Positions 24,302-38,542 are shown, counted from the first letter of the stretch. The stretch: DNA of 54,735 nucleotides from Octopus sinensis (GCF_006345805.1 NW_021833812.1:1-54735); one strand, 5' to 3'. The notes: generated by a model from the letters alone, not told the origin. Translations and numbers: made by a program.

Positions 24302-25511
24302 TAGAGAAAGACTCGTTTTGCCACCTCTTGATTTCCGGTTCGGTCCCTCTCCACAGCACTTCCGCATATACTTTTTACTCTAGCTTCGAACCAACCAATG
24401 CCTTCTTAGTCGACGAAAATGAGTGGATCGATGAAATTGCGAAAATTTGAAGCATTAAAAAAAAAAACATTTTGAATCGGCCTCTATGCAACTTAAGGGT
24501 TTCGTGAACTCGTCTTAAGACCATTGGACTCGTTGGAATCGAGTTACCTGCAGCCGAATTAAACAGATTTACATAAAATGTGTGTGTGTGTATAACGTTT
24601 CCACACACTTTGCGTTTATGAAAAGATAATATAACCGATTCCTTTTTTTTTTACTTTCAATGATGACAGAAAAATGGCGTACGTAACACTCATGCTTTTC
24701 CCAAGAGAGTTATCCACGAAACCAAAGTATGAAATTTCAAATCTAAGACATAGCACGTGAATTATAAATTCAGTTACGTCTACGAGCAATTGTGTTCCAG
24801 ACTCTCTTGAGTGCACCATGTATAAATGTTAAAATATGACATACAAAACTATAATTAATTCTATACATTATAAATTACTAATTTATTTGCTAGTCTAGAC
24901 AAGAATTTATTGTTTATTTGGTTAGTTGTTTTTGGTTGGTTTGCATCTTGTTATTATCGTTATTGCGGTAGTTGATGCTTCAATTATTATAATGGTTAAG
25001 AATGGTTTCTCAGATTTTATTTGTAATATCGTAGTGAGAAATAGAAAACCAATGTACGATCAAAAGGCCAACGTCGTAATATGGTGGAGCATAAAGTTCA
25101 AGACCTTATTACACTTAATTTTGTTTACTCTTTGGTAAACTTAGACCAAATTAAAGATAATAATTCATCTGGTTTTAATTGTTAAATTTATTTACGTATT
25201 TTTTTTCGTTGTTTTTAATTGAGAAATTTACTAATTAAAGTGGTTATAAAATTGTGAAGGTAATTTGAACGCTACAATGAAATTTGATTATAATTATTAT
25301 TACTAATTACAGAGCATTAATAAAATTAATCCTAACATATATCACTTGATAAGGGGATTTCTCAGTGAGTGTGTGCGTATGTGTGTGTTGAGTTATTATT
25401 TTTTTATCTTGCTTTCTATGTTTTTCTTTTTCTTACTGTATATAGAATATAAGCTTTCATGCAAAATAATAAATATGCATACATGCATATATATATATAT
25501 ATATATATATA

Positions 25512-25967
<456 letters not shown>

Positions 25968-25988
25968 GTATGTATATATATATATAAT

Positions 25989-26047
<59 letters not shown>

Positions 26048-26050
26048 ATG

Positions 26051-26279
26051 TATACAAGTAATGAGAGAGAGTCCACATGTGGTCACTCTAACGCTAGATA
26101 TAGATGCACGAAGGGAATCTACCACTAAAGAAATGTTCTCAAGAATTAATTCAACGCGCCAAGAATGTAAGCGAGCAGGACAAGTGAAAAATAACGAAAA
26201 AATAGTGGTAGATTCCCTTCGTGCATCTATATCTAGCGTTAGAGTGACCACATGTGGACTCTCTCTCATTACTTGTATA
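26051..26279. mobile_element. MITE-like element: perfect 77-bp inverted repeats around a 75-bp spacer, in (TA)n
   Basis: 26051-26127 is the exact reverse complement of 26203-26279. Confidence 0.8.
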
Positions 26280-26289
26280 TATATGTATG

Positions 26290-26365
<76 letters not shown>

Positions 26366-26387
26366 GCATACCATACATACATACAAT

Positions 26388-26587
26388 AGAAAATGGAGAA
26401 AACCTCTGATCAACCAAAAAAAAAATCAATTGGGCGACATCTGTAGCTTATTATTTCATACAAAACATGACATAACTGTTATGTGTGTTATGTCACATAA
26501 ATGTTATGTCATGTTTTGTATTAGATAATAAGCTACAGATGTCTCCCAATTGATTTGGTTGTGGATCTGAGGTTTTCTCCATTTTCT
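26388..26587. repeat. Imperfect ~87-bp inverted repeat (arms 26388-26476 and 26503-26587)
   Basis: agaaaatggagaaaacctc...caaaacatgacataac versus gttatgtcatgttttg...gaggttttctccattttct. Confidence 0.85.
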
Positions 26588-27818
26588 GATTATATTTGAT
26601 TCCTTATCAACTTTTGTTTATTCTATTGTTACCAGAACTCTACGAGCATAGCATGCCTGCATACCTCTGCCCAAAGATAACACGGGTAATTGATATTGAT
26701 AGTATATACGAATATTTTATCCCTTAGTCGATTATTATAACCGCTAACTCAGCTTACCTTACATGCATATATGTGTGTGTATATGTATGTATGCATGTAT
26801 GTATAGAGAATTTACAGACAAACCGCTATTAAGTTATTCCATCAATAGTGAAAAGATATTATCTATAATAACCACATAGAAATTAATTAAATATCTTATA
26901 ATTATTATTCTAAAAATCTCATAGCAAATCAAACATTATATTGAATTTTTTTCCCCTGTTAGCTTGGAATTATTACATTCCCTAATTATTAATTATATAT
27001 ATATATATATCAGAATACAAAAAATGTGACAAGAACGCAAAAGATCCAGAGTTGGATGATACAAAAATGGACAACAAAACCTCTTGACAGATGATACAAA
27101 AGGACAAGAAAAAACAAGGATGGGTCATTCGGAGTTTTCTTTCGTCAGTCGAGTCCCAGATTATCTTTACAGTTTTGGCTGGTTACACTCGAGACTGCTC
27201 CAGTCTGGCCAGCCCCAAGGAAAATCAAAGAGCTCTAGTTCCCTGGAAGAAAGCAGCGAATGTATACGAAAATAAGGACGGCAAAAAACGGAGAAGTGAT
27301 ACACAAATACAAATGAAAACAACAAGACATTAACAACAGGTGTCTTTCGACTAAGGACGAATGAAATTCAGCTGGCGTGTCTGGAAGTGAAGCCTTACGG
27401 CAGGGACATAGGATTTCACAGGCACAGGGAGGAATATAGATGTTGCAAGGATGGTATTCGAACAAAGAAAGAAAGGTCAAACTTGGCCGAACACCGGTCA
27501 CGTGGAAGAAGATGAGAGAGGAAGAGGCAGAGGGATAGAAGAATTATGGAGGGACAAGAAAAAGAGAAGATACAGAGTAAAGTGAAAGAAGAGGGAAGGT
27601 GAGAACGAAGAGAAAGCCAGGAAATGTGAGAGAGGGGGAACGAAAGAAAGAACGAAGTAAATGTAAAGGGGCTTATAGAAAGAAAGAAACAAAGAATGAA
27701 ATAAGAGATTCGTACAATATATATATATATGTACTTACATATAAGAGACCAAAGTGTACGTACGCCGCTGTATATCCATACATAGATCCATACATAAATA
27801 TATTCATATGTATATATG

Positions 27819-27858
<40 letters not shown>

Positions 27859-28218
27859 CACACACGCACACACACAGATACAATCTTCCCTCTCTCCCTT
27901 TCTCTCTCACTCTCTCTCTCTCTGTCTCTCTGCCGTTCTCTCTCTATGTTTCTCTCTACCTATAAATAATTATTTTATGCTTTTACTTGGTTCAGTCATT
28001 GGAGAGTGACCATGTTGGAGCGTGAACTTGAAAAGTTCAGACAAGCGATTGAACCTTTTAGATAGTTCTAGTCTGTAACTTTATTAATCTCTTTTTGCTA
28101 AAGCGCTAAGTTAGGAGGACGTGAAGGAATAAACACTGTGTAACCATGTATGCTTTTGTTACTTCCGCCGCTTCACAACCAAACACAGTCTCACGCGTAT
28201 ACACTCATACAATAATAG

Positions 28219-28249
<31 letters not shown>

Positions 28250-28419
28250 AATATATATATATTATATATATATAATATATATTATATATATATATACAGC
28301 TAGATATGTCTATATATGTGTATATATCTATGATATGTACATATATGTATGTCTTTGTGTGTGCATATATACATATGTGTGTGCATATACAAGGTATATA
28401 TATACTACCATATATACAT

Positions 28420-28453
<34 letters not shown>

Positions 28454-28524
28454 TGCATGTATATATATGATATATATATATACATATATACATGCATATA
28501 TATATATATATATAGCATGTATAG

Positions 28525-28559
<35 letters not shown>

Positions 28560-28874
28560 ATATAACAGAAACGTTGGATTATATCCGTGAGCGAGCCGTC
28601 TTTTCTTTCCCACACATCTAGAAGTTTTGCACATGTGTGTAATTACATCGGTGGTGGTGGTGGTGGTGGTGTGTGTGTGTGTGTGTGTGTGTGGGTGTAC
28701 ATAGAGACACGGAAAGAAAGGAAAGAGAATCAATGAGAGAGAGAGAGACGGAAAAGATAGAGAGAGAGAGATGCATTGATAGATGTAGGCAACTTAATAC
28801 ATATTTTTTAAGAAAAAAAAATATACATACTACAAGTACAAACACACACACACGTACACACACACGCGCGCACA

Positions 28875-28915
<41 letters not shown>

Positions 28916-28954
28916 CAGAAACACAGAGTAGGTAAAACAATAGACAGATGCATA

Positions 28955-29082
28955 GATACATAGGTATGTAGAAAGCGAGATGACAGATCGATAGTTAGTT
29001 AAGATAGGGACAGACAGAAGACAGACAGACGAACAGAGACAGACAGGCAGATACACAGAGAGATAGATAGATAGATAGATAT

Positions 29083-29128
<46 letters not shown>

Positions 29129-29141
29129 GGATGGATGGATG

Positions 29142-29208
<67 letters not shown>

Positions 29209-29209
29209 G

Positions 29210-29260
<51 letters not shown>

Positions 29261-29273
29261 GGATGGATGAATG

Positions 29274-29328
<55 letters not shown>

Positions 29329-29367
29329 GATAGACAGATAGATAGATAGATAGACAGATAGACAGAC

Positions 29368-29406
<39 letters not shown>

Positions 29407-29496
29407 ATAGATAGATAGATAGATAGAGGGAGGGATGGATGATGGATAGGAGTAATAGATAGATAAGATAGATGGATGATGGATAGATAGATAGAT

Positions 29497-29535
<39 letters not shown>

Positions 29536-29637
29536 GGATGGATGGATGGATAGATAGATGATAGATAGATAGATAGATAGATGACAGATAGATAGTAGAT
29601 AGATAGATGATAGATAGAGATAGATAGATAGATAGAA
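28955..29637. repeat. (GATA)n/(GGAT)n/(GACA)n microsatellite
   Basis: Direct reading. Confidence 0.95.
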
Positions 29638-30470
29638 GCGTCAATTTCTGCCTGTGTGGTTGTATTCTTGAATATCTATGTCTATGCGCATGTGTTTGTT
29701 TCTGTGCTTGTGTGCATATATCTACGTCTATATCTATGTGTGTGCATGTATATAATATATATATGTGTGTGTATATGGGTATACATCTGCTGATGTGTGT
29801 CTGTGTGTGTGTGTTTGTGTGCTTCTATAATTTACTCAAAACTTCAAATGGTGTTATATTTGTCTGAGAAATCTATTAAAATTGACCTACAAATAAGAAA
29901 ACGTACACACTCACACAAATGCACACAGTAACATATATACATATATATAAACACAAACAGCCAGGCATACGCACCACACACACACACACAAACAGATACA
30001 AATGCACGCTTACGCGCAGTGGTGTGAAGTAATGAGTGAAGTAATGAGGGAAATGTTTGCTGTTGTTTTTATATTTTTTTTTGTGTGTGTGAATGTGGTT
30101 ATTTTGGTTTCAGTGTTTTTGTCTTATTTTTCCTGTTGACAAACTTGAAAAGCATCAATTTAGCGTATGCGCATGCGTTACACTGTTATCTGAGCAGGCT
30201 CTGCACTTCATCGTATTGCAGTGAGAAACATGAGGAAGCCACATAAAAACGTATCTGACTGCGGTTTGTGTCAAATAAATGGGAAACTTGTTTGAGGAGC
30301 TTAAGTCGTCGTCTGGCGATACGGTTTCGATTCCTTTTTGGAAGAAAAACTGGCAATGCGAATTTGATTATTTTGGACGACAGGCTCTCATATGCTGAAG
30401 CAGTTTCGATTATTTGGAGGATAAGTTATCATCTGGCAGGGCGGTTTCGATTCTTTTGGAGGATAAGTTA

Positions 30471-31077
30471 TGGATCTTTACCTTTTGACCTACAGATTTA
30501 AAAAATAATTTTTTGTAACTAAACACTTTAAAACTTCGAACACTGCTAAGAGTAAAACATGTTTTATATGACACATTCTACCATTTTTGAGAAAAACTTA
30601 ATATTTACGAAGATATTTCACCTTAAAGGTTCTCGTATTTCGGTAATTTCAACCAATCAATGACGTGTATTCAGCTGAATAAAATTAGCGCCGTTGTTTG
30701 TCAACAACAACTATCGGCGGTGTATTTTTCGTTTGTCATTGTTATTTATGACATCGTTCGTGTGTTTGTACTGATTTTAAGATTTTAGGGTTGGGGCTGT
30801 CATAAATAACAGTGACAAACGAAAAATACACCGCCGATAGTTGTTGTTGACAAACAACGTCAGTAATTTTATTCAACTGAATACACGTCATTGATTGGTT
30901 GAAATTATCGAAATACGAGAAATTGAAGGTGAAATATCTTCGTAAATATAAGTTTTTTTTCTCAAAAAAGAGTAAAACGTGTTTTATATGACACATTCTA
31001 CCAGTGTCCGAAGTTTGAAAGTGTTTAGTTACAAAAGAAAAAAATGTTTAATCTGTAAGTGAAAAGGTAAAAATCCA
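30471..31077. mobile_element. Foldback/MITE DNA transposon with ~280-bp inverted arms
   Basis: Arms 30472-30752 and 30799-31076 with a 46-bp spacer. A target duplication (gtta, or agttat) restores the host repeat ggataagttatcatctg. Confidence 0.85.
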
Positions 31078-31317
31078 GTTATCATCTGACAGGGCGGTTT
31101 CGATTCTTTTGGGGGAGAAAGCTGTTATCTGGCGATGCGTTTTAGTTTGCTTCGGTGGGAAACTATTTTCTGGCCATGCTGTTTCGTTCCTTCTCTTTCT
31201 TCCTTCGCCTTTAGAGTTGTTACAATAACGAAAGCACCACACGTACATATGAATGTAGGATTTCTGTGGAATTGTTCGAAGAGAAGTTCTCTCAAACAAT
31301 ATTGGTTTCAAATTTCA

Positions 31318-31525
31318 GGCGGCGAGCTGGCAGAAGCGTTAGCATATCGGACGAAATGTTTAGCAGTTTCATCTGTCTATACATTCTGGATTCAAATTCC
31401 GCTGAGGTCGAATTTGCCTTTCATTCTTTCGGGGTAGTAAGTACCAGTTGCGTACTAGGGTCGATCTAATCGCCTGGCTCCCTCCCCCAAAAAGTCGGGT
31501 CTTGTGCCTAGAGTAGAAAAGAATA
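31318..31525 (+). mobile_element. SINE family A
   Basis: ggcggcgagctggcagaagcgttagc...ggattcaaattccgctgaggtcgaatttgcctttc. Confidence 0.85.
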
Positions 31526-31589
31526 CTGGCTTCAAATTTAAACAAAGTACCAGCAGTTATGAAAAAACTGGATAACATTAAATACCGTT

Positions 31590-31977
31590 GACCCAAGTAA
31601 TTTGCTTGTACTTTATTTTAAGGACGATGGGGGAATAAATAGCAAAGCTGACCTCGATTAATTTGAACTCAGGTATTTCGTCTGTCTTTACCTTCTATTT
31701 CTTTACTAACCACAAGGGGCTACACACAGAGGGGACAAACAAGGACAGACAAACGGACTAAGTCGATTATATCGACCCCAGTGCGTAACTGGTACTTATT
31801 TAATTGACCCCGAAAGGATTAAAGGCAAAGTCGACGTCGGCGGAATTTGAACTCGGAACGTAACGGCAGACGAAATACCTATTTCTTTACTACCCACAAG
31901 GGGCTAAACACAGAGAGGACAAACAAGGGCAAACAGACGGATTAAGTCGATTATATCAACCCCAGTGCGTAACTGGT
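31590..31977 (-). mobile_element. SINE family A tandem array (184-bp period)
   Basis: ctatttctttacta at 31695 and 31879; same unit as 350-706. Confidence 0.85.
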
Positions 31978-32486
31978 GCTGATGTGCGAACAGCTGTGAA
32001 GGGAAATCGTCGAATCACCATCCGTAAGTTATCAGAGGATATGCAGATTAGTTACGGTTCAGTTCAGTCCGTTATCATTGAAGAATTGGGTATGAAACAC
32101 GGGTCTGTCAAGTTTGTGTCAAAACTGCTTCCAACCAACCAAAAGCACACACGGGTTTTAGCTGCACAAAATTTTGATTGTGTTGTGGACGATGAAAACA
32201 TTTTGAAACCTTTGCGTAGGCTTCTGCGCAAGTATCACCAAACTTTTAGCAAAATTTGATGCAGATTCTCTGCTCAACTTTCTCTGTCATTATCAATGCG
32301 AGGATCACATGCTACACACCTTCCTTCCAAGCACTGCTGTAAACAGCAGAAGTGAGCTAGAACGTTAAAACTTAGTGCGCATGCACAGCAGAGTTCAAAG
32401 ACAATTTGTGCCATATGACTTTACTCTGCGTTCTTTTGCTTCGTTACTTTAGCAACAGTCCGGATACTTATTGTTCAGCCCAAGTA
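31978..32486 (+). mobile_element. Internally deleted mariner (Tc1/mariner) transposon relic with right TIR
   Basis: RRITIRKLSEDMQISYGSVQSVIIEELGMK..SVKFVSKLL is the mariner HTH plus linker. The end cagtccggatacttattgttcagcccaagTA resembles a mariner TIR followed by TA. Confidence 0.85.
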
Positions 32487-33051
32487 TGCATGCATGTATG
32501 TATTATGGGAACATGCAATCCCAGAATCAAGACTGCAGAATCGAAGAAATCAAAACACACTAACAACAGTTTTTTCTCATACTGAATCCATTCCGCCGAG
32601 AGTTTTCTACCAGTAATTTAACATTATATCACCGTGAGGCAGTTCAAATCACACCAACACAATTTGCAATGACTTCATCGGGCTTCCTGCGTTCTCCATC
32701 TTGCCTGTTTATTATTTGCCTCTAACCAGGCCTGCAGGCTGAAAGCTCGCCACGAGGAATACTTCTTTATTTCTCTCTGTCTCTCTGTCTCTCTCTCTCA
32801 CATATATATATATATATATATATTCTGATTATTTATGTATATACATACATGTATGTATGTGTGTGTATATGTATGTATCTGATCTTATATATATATGTTA
32901 TTATACATATATATATATATGGACATGTATGTGTGTATATATGTATGCACGCATGTACACAGACCCAGACATACACACACATATAAATGAAGGTGTATGT
33001 GCATGTGTGTGGTATGAAGATGTATATACATACAGAAAGACAGACACCCTG

Positions 33052-33073
33052 TTAGATAGATGTAAATAGATAG

Positions 33074-33156
<83 letters not shown>

Positions 33157-33249
33157 TAAATAGATAGATAGATAGATAGATAGATAGACAAACAGACAGA
33201 TAGATAGATAGACAGACAGGCAGGCAAACTGACAGACAGACAGACAGAC

Positions 33250-33296
<47 letters not shown>

Positions 33297-33297
33297 C

Positions 33298-33356
<59 letters not shown>

Positions 33357-33383
33357 CAGACAGATAGATAGATAGATAGATAG

Positions 33384-33427
<44 letters not shown>

Positions 33428-33443
33428 TGATAGATAGACAGAC
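33052..33443. repeat. (GATA)n/(GACA)n microsatellite
   Basis: Direct reading. Confidence 0.95.
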
Positions 33444-34099
33444 AGGGAGGAAGGGAGTAGTGTAGATATTGTCAGAAAGCAGGAAATAAAACAGTGGGAT
33501 CGTATTTTAGAGTTGCGTGGGTCATAGAGATAGACTGGTTGTGACAGCAACAACAACAACTTCAACAGCAAAAACAACGTGTATTGCATTGCAATCTATA
33601 GCGTCAACGACCAATGTGAAATATATGCCGCCGGCGTAATAATAAAAATATAGAATTGACTGAAGAAAATACAAATGGAAAGAACAAAGAATATGGTAAG
33701 GCTGGAAGAAAATATCATTACAACAATAAACAATAATAAATGTAGAAGCAATATGGGTGAATATAATAGCAACAGCAATGAGGATAACTGCGGCAGTGGC
33801 TAGAAGATATACGACCGATGTATAAGAAACCCGACCAAGAAAACAAAGCAAGGCTTGATGGCGACGATGACGATAAGAAAATAATAACTAAAATGTAAAG
33901 AGCAAAATTAAATAAATAAATAAATAAATAAATAAAGGGGAAATGGTGGAATATGGAAGAAAGCCATGAAATATCAAAGAATAATGGTGTTAGCTGGCAG
34001 TTATCAGGTTCTGGTGGCGAGAACCATGTTGTACGGCTTCTGTTCCAAATGGAAAATGTGTTTTGGAAATCTTATCAACGTCCACAGCTGATATGAGAA

Positions 34100-34690
34100 T
34101 ACGAGCGACAGCGACGACACCACCGCCAATAACAATAAAACCACCACCACAAGCACCAACAACAACTCCACCACCACAACCACCACCACAAGCACTACCA
34201 ACAACACCTTCTCAACCATAACCACCACCACCAACAACAACAACACCACTACAACCACCACAAACACCACCACTGCCACAAGCACCACCAACAACAACAC
34301 CACCACAACCACCACCACAACCACCACCACCGCAACCACCACCACCACAAGCACTACCAACAACAACACCTTCACGACCACAACCACCACCAATAACAAC
34401 AACACCACTACAACCACCACCACAAACACCACCACCACCACAAGCACCACCAACAACAACACCACCACAACCACAAACACCAACAACAACAACACCACCA
34501 CAACCACCACCACAACCACCACCACCGCAACCACCACCACCACAAGCACTACCAACAACAACACCTTCACGACTACAACCACCACCAACAACAACAACAC
34601 CACCACCGCCACAAACACCAACAACAACAACAACACAAACACCACCACCACCACCACAGCCACCACTAACACCACCTCCGCCTCTAACAT
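34100..34690. repeat. (ACC/AAC)n compound repeat with higher-order periodicity
   Basis: Marker agcactaccaacaac at 34191, 34350 and 34545. Confidence 0.9.
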
Positions 34691-35060
34691 AGCTGCTGCA
34701 ATCACCATTAGTAAGAAATAACCAAAACAGCAAAAATAGCGAGCAACATGAGCTAAAGCAGTCATACCAAGAGAAGTAGTGCCGTCACCACCACCACCAA
34801 CAACAACAGCAACAACAACAGCATCAGCAGCAGAATGGATATGGTGGATGTGGACGAGGGCAACAATGAAGGCCAACAGCAGCATGAATAACAGAAAGAT
34901 AAGCAAGGATTAACAACAGAGACTATAGCAGCAGCAGCAGCGGCAACAGTAACAACAACAACAACTGTTAAATGAATAACGAAGAGGAGGTCAAAGACAG
35001 CAGCGACGACCATCTGCAGCATGAACAGCATCGATGCAAGACTAGAAGCAATAACAGCAG

Positions 35061-35430
35061 TGGAGGCGCAATGACTCAGTGGTTGGGGCAGCGGACTCGC
35101 GGTCGGAGGATCGCGGTTTCGATTCCCAGACTGGGCGTTGTGTGTGTGTTTATTGAGCGAAAACACCTAAAGTTCCACGAGGTTCCGGCAGGGGGTGGTG
35201 GCGACCCCTGTTGTACTCTTTCGTTCCAACTTTCTCTCATTCTTTCTTCTTGTTTCTTGTCCCCCAACTTCCTACGCAACCGCTGAGCCTGGATGCGCAT
35301 TCATCCATCCGCCGATGCTCTCGGTGTCGGGGGTTGACCTGCTTTCCCTTCTGCGGGTCTTACGAATAGCAAAGGACCACGTTTCGGACTTCTCCCACTC
35401 GCGTGCTCTAGGACAAAGACCCTTCGCTCA
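35061..35430 (+). mobile_element. SINE family C head with a fourth type of 3' tail
   Basis: Same head; diverges after ...tttcttcttgtttc into ...caacttcctacgcaaccgctgagcctgg. Confidence 0.85.
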
Positions 35431-35994
35431 ACAGCAACAGCAAGGGCAACAACAGCAACAGTTGATAGAAACGTTAACAGCATCCTAAGGTGGCAGAAAT
35501 CATATTTCACTTGAAATGTCCTCTCAAGCAACCATCACTGAGTTTAAAGTGGATATAACAGAAGAATGCCATATTTGTCATGTGAATTTGGTTGAACGAT
35601 ATTTCGGCATCTAACGTGCCTTCCACAGGTTCAAATATTACATGTCAATCCACTTCATTTCTGTTATTTATTTATTTTTTCTATTAGGATTGTACAGGAC
35701 TGAGGTAACTCCTCCAGAAATTTATAGAGAAATAAATACAAGAATACCATAATCATCATGTGACATTGGTTGAATGATATTTTAGCAACTAGCGTGTCTT
35801 CCACAGGTTCAAAAATCACATGTCAATCAACTTCTTTTTTTTTTTCTTTTGTTAAGATTTTATAGGACTGAGGTAACTCCTCCAGAATTTCACTGGATAA
35901 CTATGGCACTCTTCTATTTATTTCTCTATAACTTCTGGAAGAGTTATCTCAGTCCTGTATAATCTTAGCAACAACAACAACAACAACAGCGATG

Positions 35995-36064
<70 letters not shown>

Positions 36065-36068
36065 TAAC

Positions 36069-36134
<66 letters not shown>

Positions 36135-36135
<1 letters not shown>

Positions 36136-36686
36136 CCCTGATGCAGTACCAAGCAGTGGCTCTCCTGGCTTCTGATCTTAACTGATTGGAACTGTTATCA
36201 TGTGCATTGTTTTGTCTTGGTATAAAAGATGGGCTACAGCAAATATTCTGCTCAATACCACACATTTGCTTGTCAGTTGTTTGACCGTAACTAGTTGACC
36301 ATGTCCCTTAGTGGCTGAAGATGTGTGCATTTTTGCTCACGAGCAGAAGTATTGGGGGCGCATCATAGCCGAGTGTGGATAGGAATTCTTGGAGGTTTGG
36401 ATAATTCACCTTTGGGAACATGAGTGGTTCGTTCAACATCCTTAATCTTTATTCAGGAACGTTTTGAGTGGAATGTTCTACTCGACGAGAAGAAAATTCT
36501 AACTGGGCCCCACCTGCAGGATCATGCGCTCTTTATCTTGATATGAGATCACCATATCGCGCACATATGGTTGTGATGCATGTGCTTAGTGTACCCTTAT
36601 CAGACGCGTAGTCATGATGGGCATACTGGGCTTCGTATATTTTACGCCAATGTCTCTTTGATGGTATGCACTGCTCTCTCACTCAA
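36135..36686 (+). mobile_element. ~550-bp non-coding interspersed repeat flanked by (AAT)n on both sides
   Basis: A homologous, 5'-truncated copy lies on the minus strand at 45115-45585 with the same 3' end (gcactgctc...actcaa followed by (TAA)n). Confidence 0.8.
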
Positions 36687-36714
36687 CAGTAATAATGGTA
36701 ATAATCCTTTCTAC

Positions 36715-36898
36715 TAAAGACTTGAAATTATGGGTGGTGGGGCTAGTCGATTACATTGACCCCGGTGTGTAAATGTTACTTTAGTTATCGACCTTCGAAA
36801 GGCGAGAGACAAAGTCGTCCTCGGCGGAATTTGAACTCACGAAATGCCGCTAAGTATTTCGTTCTATATGCTAAGGATTCTGCCAGCTCACCGCCCTT
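36715..36898 (-). mobile_element. SINE family A
   Basis: gtcgattacattgaccccgg...cggcggaatttgaactc...gattctgccagctcaccgcc. Confidence 0.8.
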
Positions 36899-37461
36899 AG
36901 ATACAATAATAAGAATAATAGTAACAACAACAACAACAACAACATTGGTGGCAATAACAACAATGTCGATATTGAAGAGAGAGAGAAAAAGGAATGGTAC
37001 AGCAAAACGGCGGAACAAATGCGACAACAAACAAGAGCAAATTAAGCAACAACAACATCAACAACAAGAAGAACAATGACAAATCATTTCACAAATAAAA
37101 CACCAAAAAGTATTAAAAAAAACAACACCAACAGCAACAATCACAACAACAATAGCGATTATGACAGCAAGAAAATATAAGGGCATGGCAACAGTAACGA
37201 CATGAAAAATAACAAGAAATACCTCTGTGAAACCATTAGCAGCACTTAAGAGAAGAAAAATATACAGATTGAAGAATCAAAATTCACCACCACCCAACTA
37301 GAGAGTCGGAGACAAAGAGTGGCATTTTGAACGAAACACGTATGTGGTCACATACACAGACACAGACACACACACACGCATGCGCAAACAAACAAACATA
37401 TACACCTATACACACAAGTTCTTGCAATGCATACATGCGTAGATATATGTATATATAAAAC

Positions 37462-37507
<46 letters not shown>

Positions 37508-37651
37508 ATATATATGTATGTATATATATGTATATATATATGTATATATATATGTATATATATATTGTATTCATGTATATACACACATACACACACATAC
37601 ATACATACATGCATACATATATATATATATATATATATACATATATGTATA

Positions 37652-38037
37652 TCTCTCTCTATATAAACGGCAGTTTGTCTGTGCGTGTTTCTGTGTGTCT
37701 GTTTGCTTGTACCCTCACCCTGACCACGGCTTTCAACCGATTCTGATGAAACTTGACACACACATAGCCCAATGTCATAATTCAAAACTAACGCAGCGAA
37801 AATTTTGAAAAGTTCCCCCAGTTCTGAAAAAAATCGATAAATTCGACATGGGGTCGAGAATCAGAAACACGAACCACAAACAGTCTAGGGGACGCAACTC
37901 CACCTTTTTTAAATCTCAAAAAAAAATTTACCATAATATTTTTTCCATTTTTTTGCTATTTTTTGGCTATAACTCTTTAAAAATGCTTTATAGTTATTTC
38001 CCTTACAAACCTGAGCAACGCCGGGCGATACTGCTAG
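37652..38037 (+). mobile_element. Non-autonomous Helitron
   Basis: A|TC...CTAG|T boundaries, a GC-rich subterminal gcaacgccgggcgatactgctag, and an internal accgattctgatgaaacttg motif typical of small Helitron/DINE-like elements. No TSD. Confidence 0.75.
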
Positions 38038-38542
38038 TATATTATAAATGTATGTATGGATATAGATATATACAAACAGAACATCAACATTGGCGTGCCA
38101 ATGACGGCGAAGTCGCTTTTCTTCTGATATCCTGATAACTTTTTTGCACACACATGCACGCAAACACACACATACGCACACTCACATACGCACACACACA
38201 TTCATTAACAAATATCCTTTAACATATACACAGTAATTCACATATATATATGCATAACCGATAACTCACTGAACCTGCTTTTCCATATCTCTCTTTCTCT
38301 GTCACTCACTCTCTCTCTCTCTTTCTCTATCCATCTATCTATTTCTCTATACGCAGCTATACAGATATACAGAGATAGAGGTGAAGATAGATACATACAT
38401 ACATACATACATACATACATACATACATACACACATACATACATACATACATACATATACATATATATATACATATATATAAACATATAGTCGTAAAAGA
38501 ATTATTGATAACGAACATAACTTACGCACCGATACAAAGCGA

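Noticed and set aside
24490-24522. Hammerhead-like aagacga-gttcac-gaaac on the minus strand
   Set aside because: Two core mismatches, a 2-bp stem II and no stem III pairing.
24670-24732. Possible 57-nt plus-strand exon (KNGVRNTHAFPKRVIHETK|gtatga)
   Set aside because: Too short to distinguish from chance, with a weak acceptor context and no recognisable homology.
34004-34906. 300-aa hydrophobic ORF (poly-V/L) and overlapping Gly/Cys-rich ORF
   Set aside because: Antisense readings of the (ACC/AAC)n repeat.
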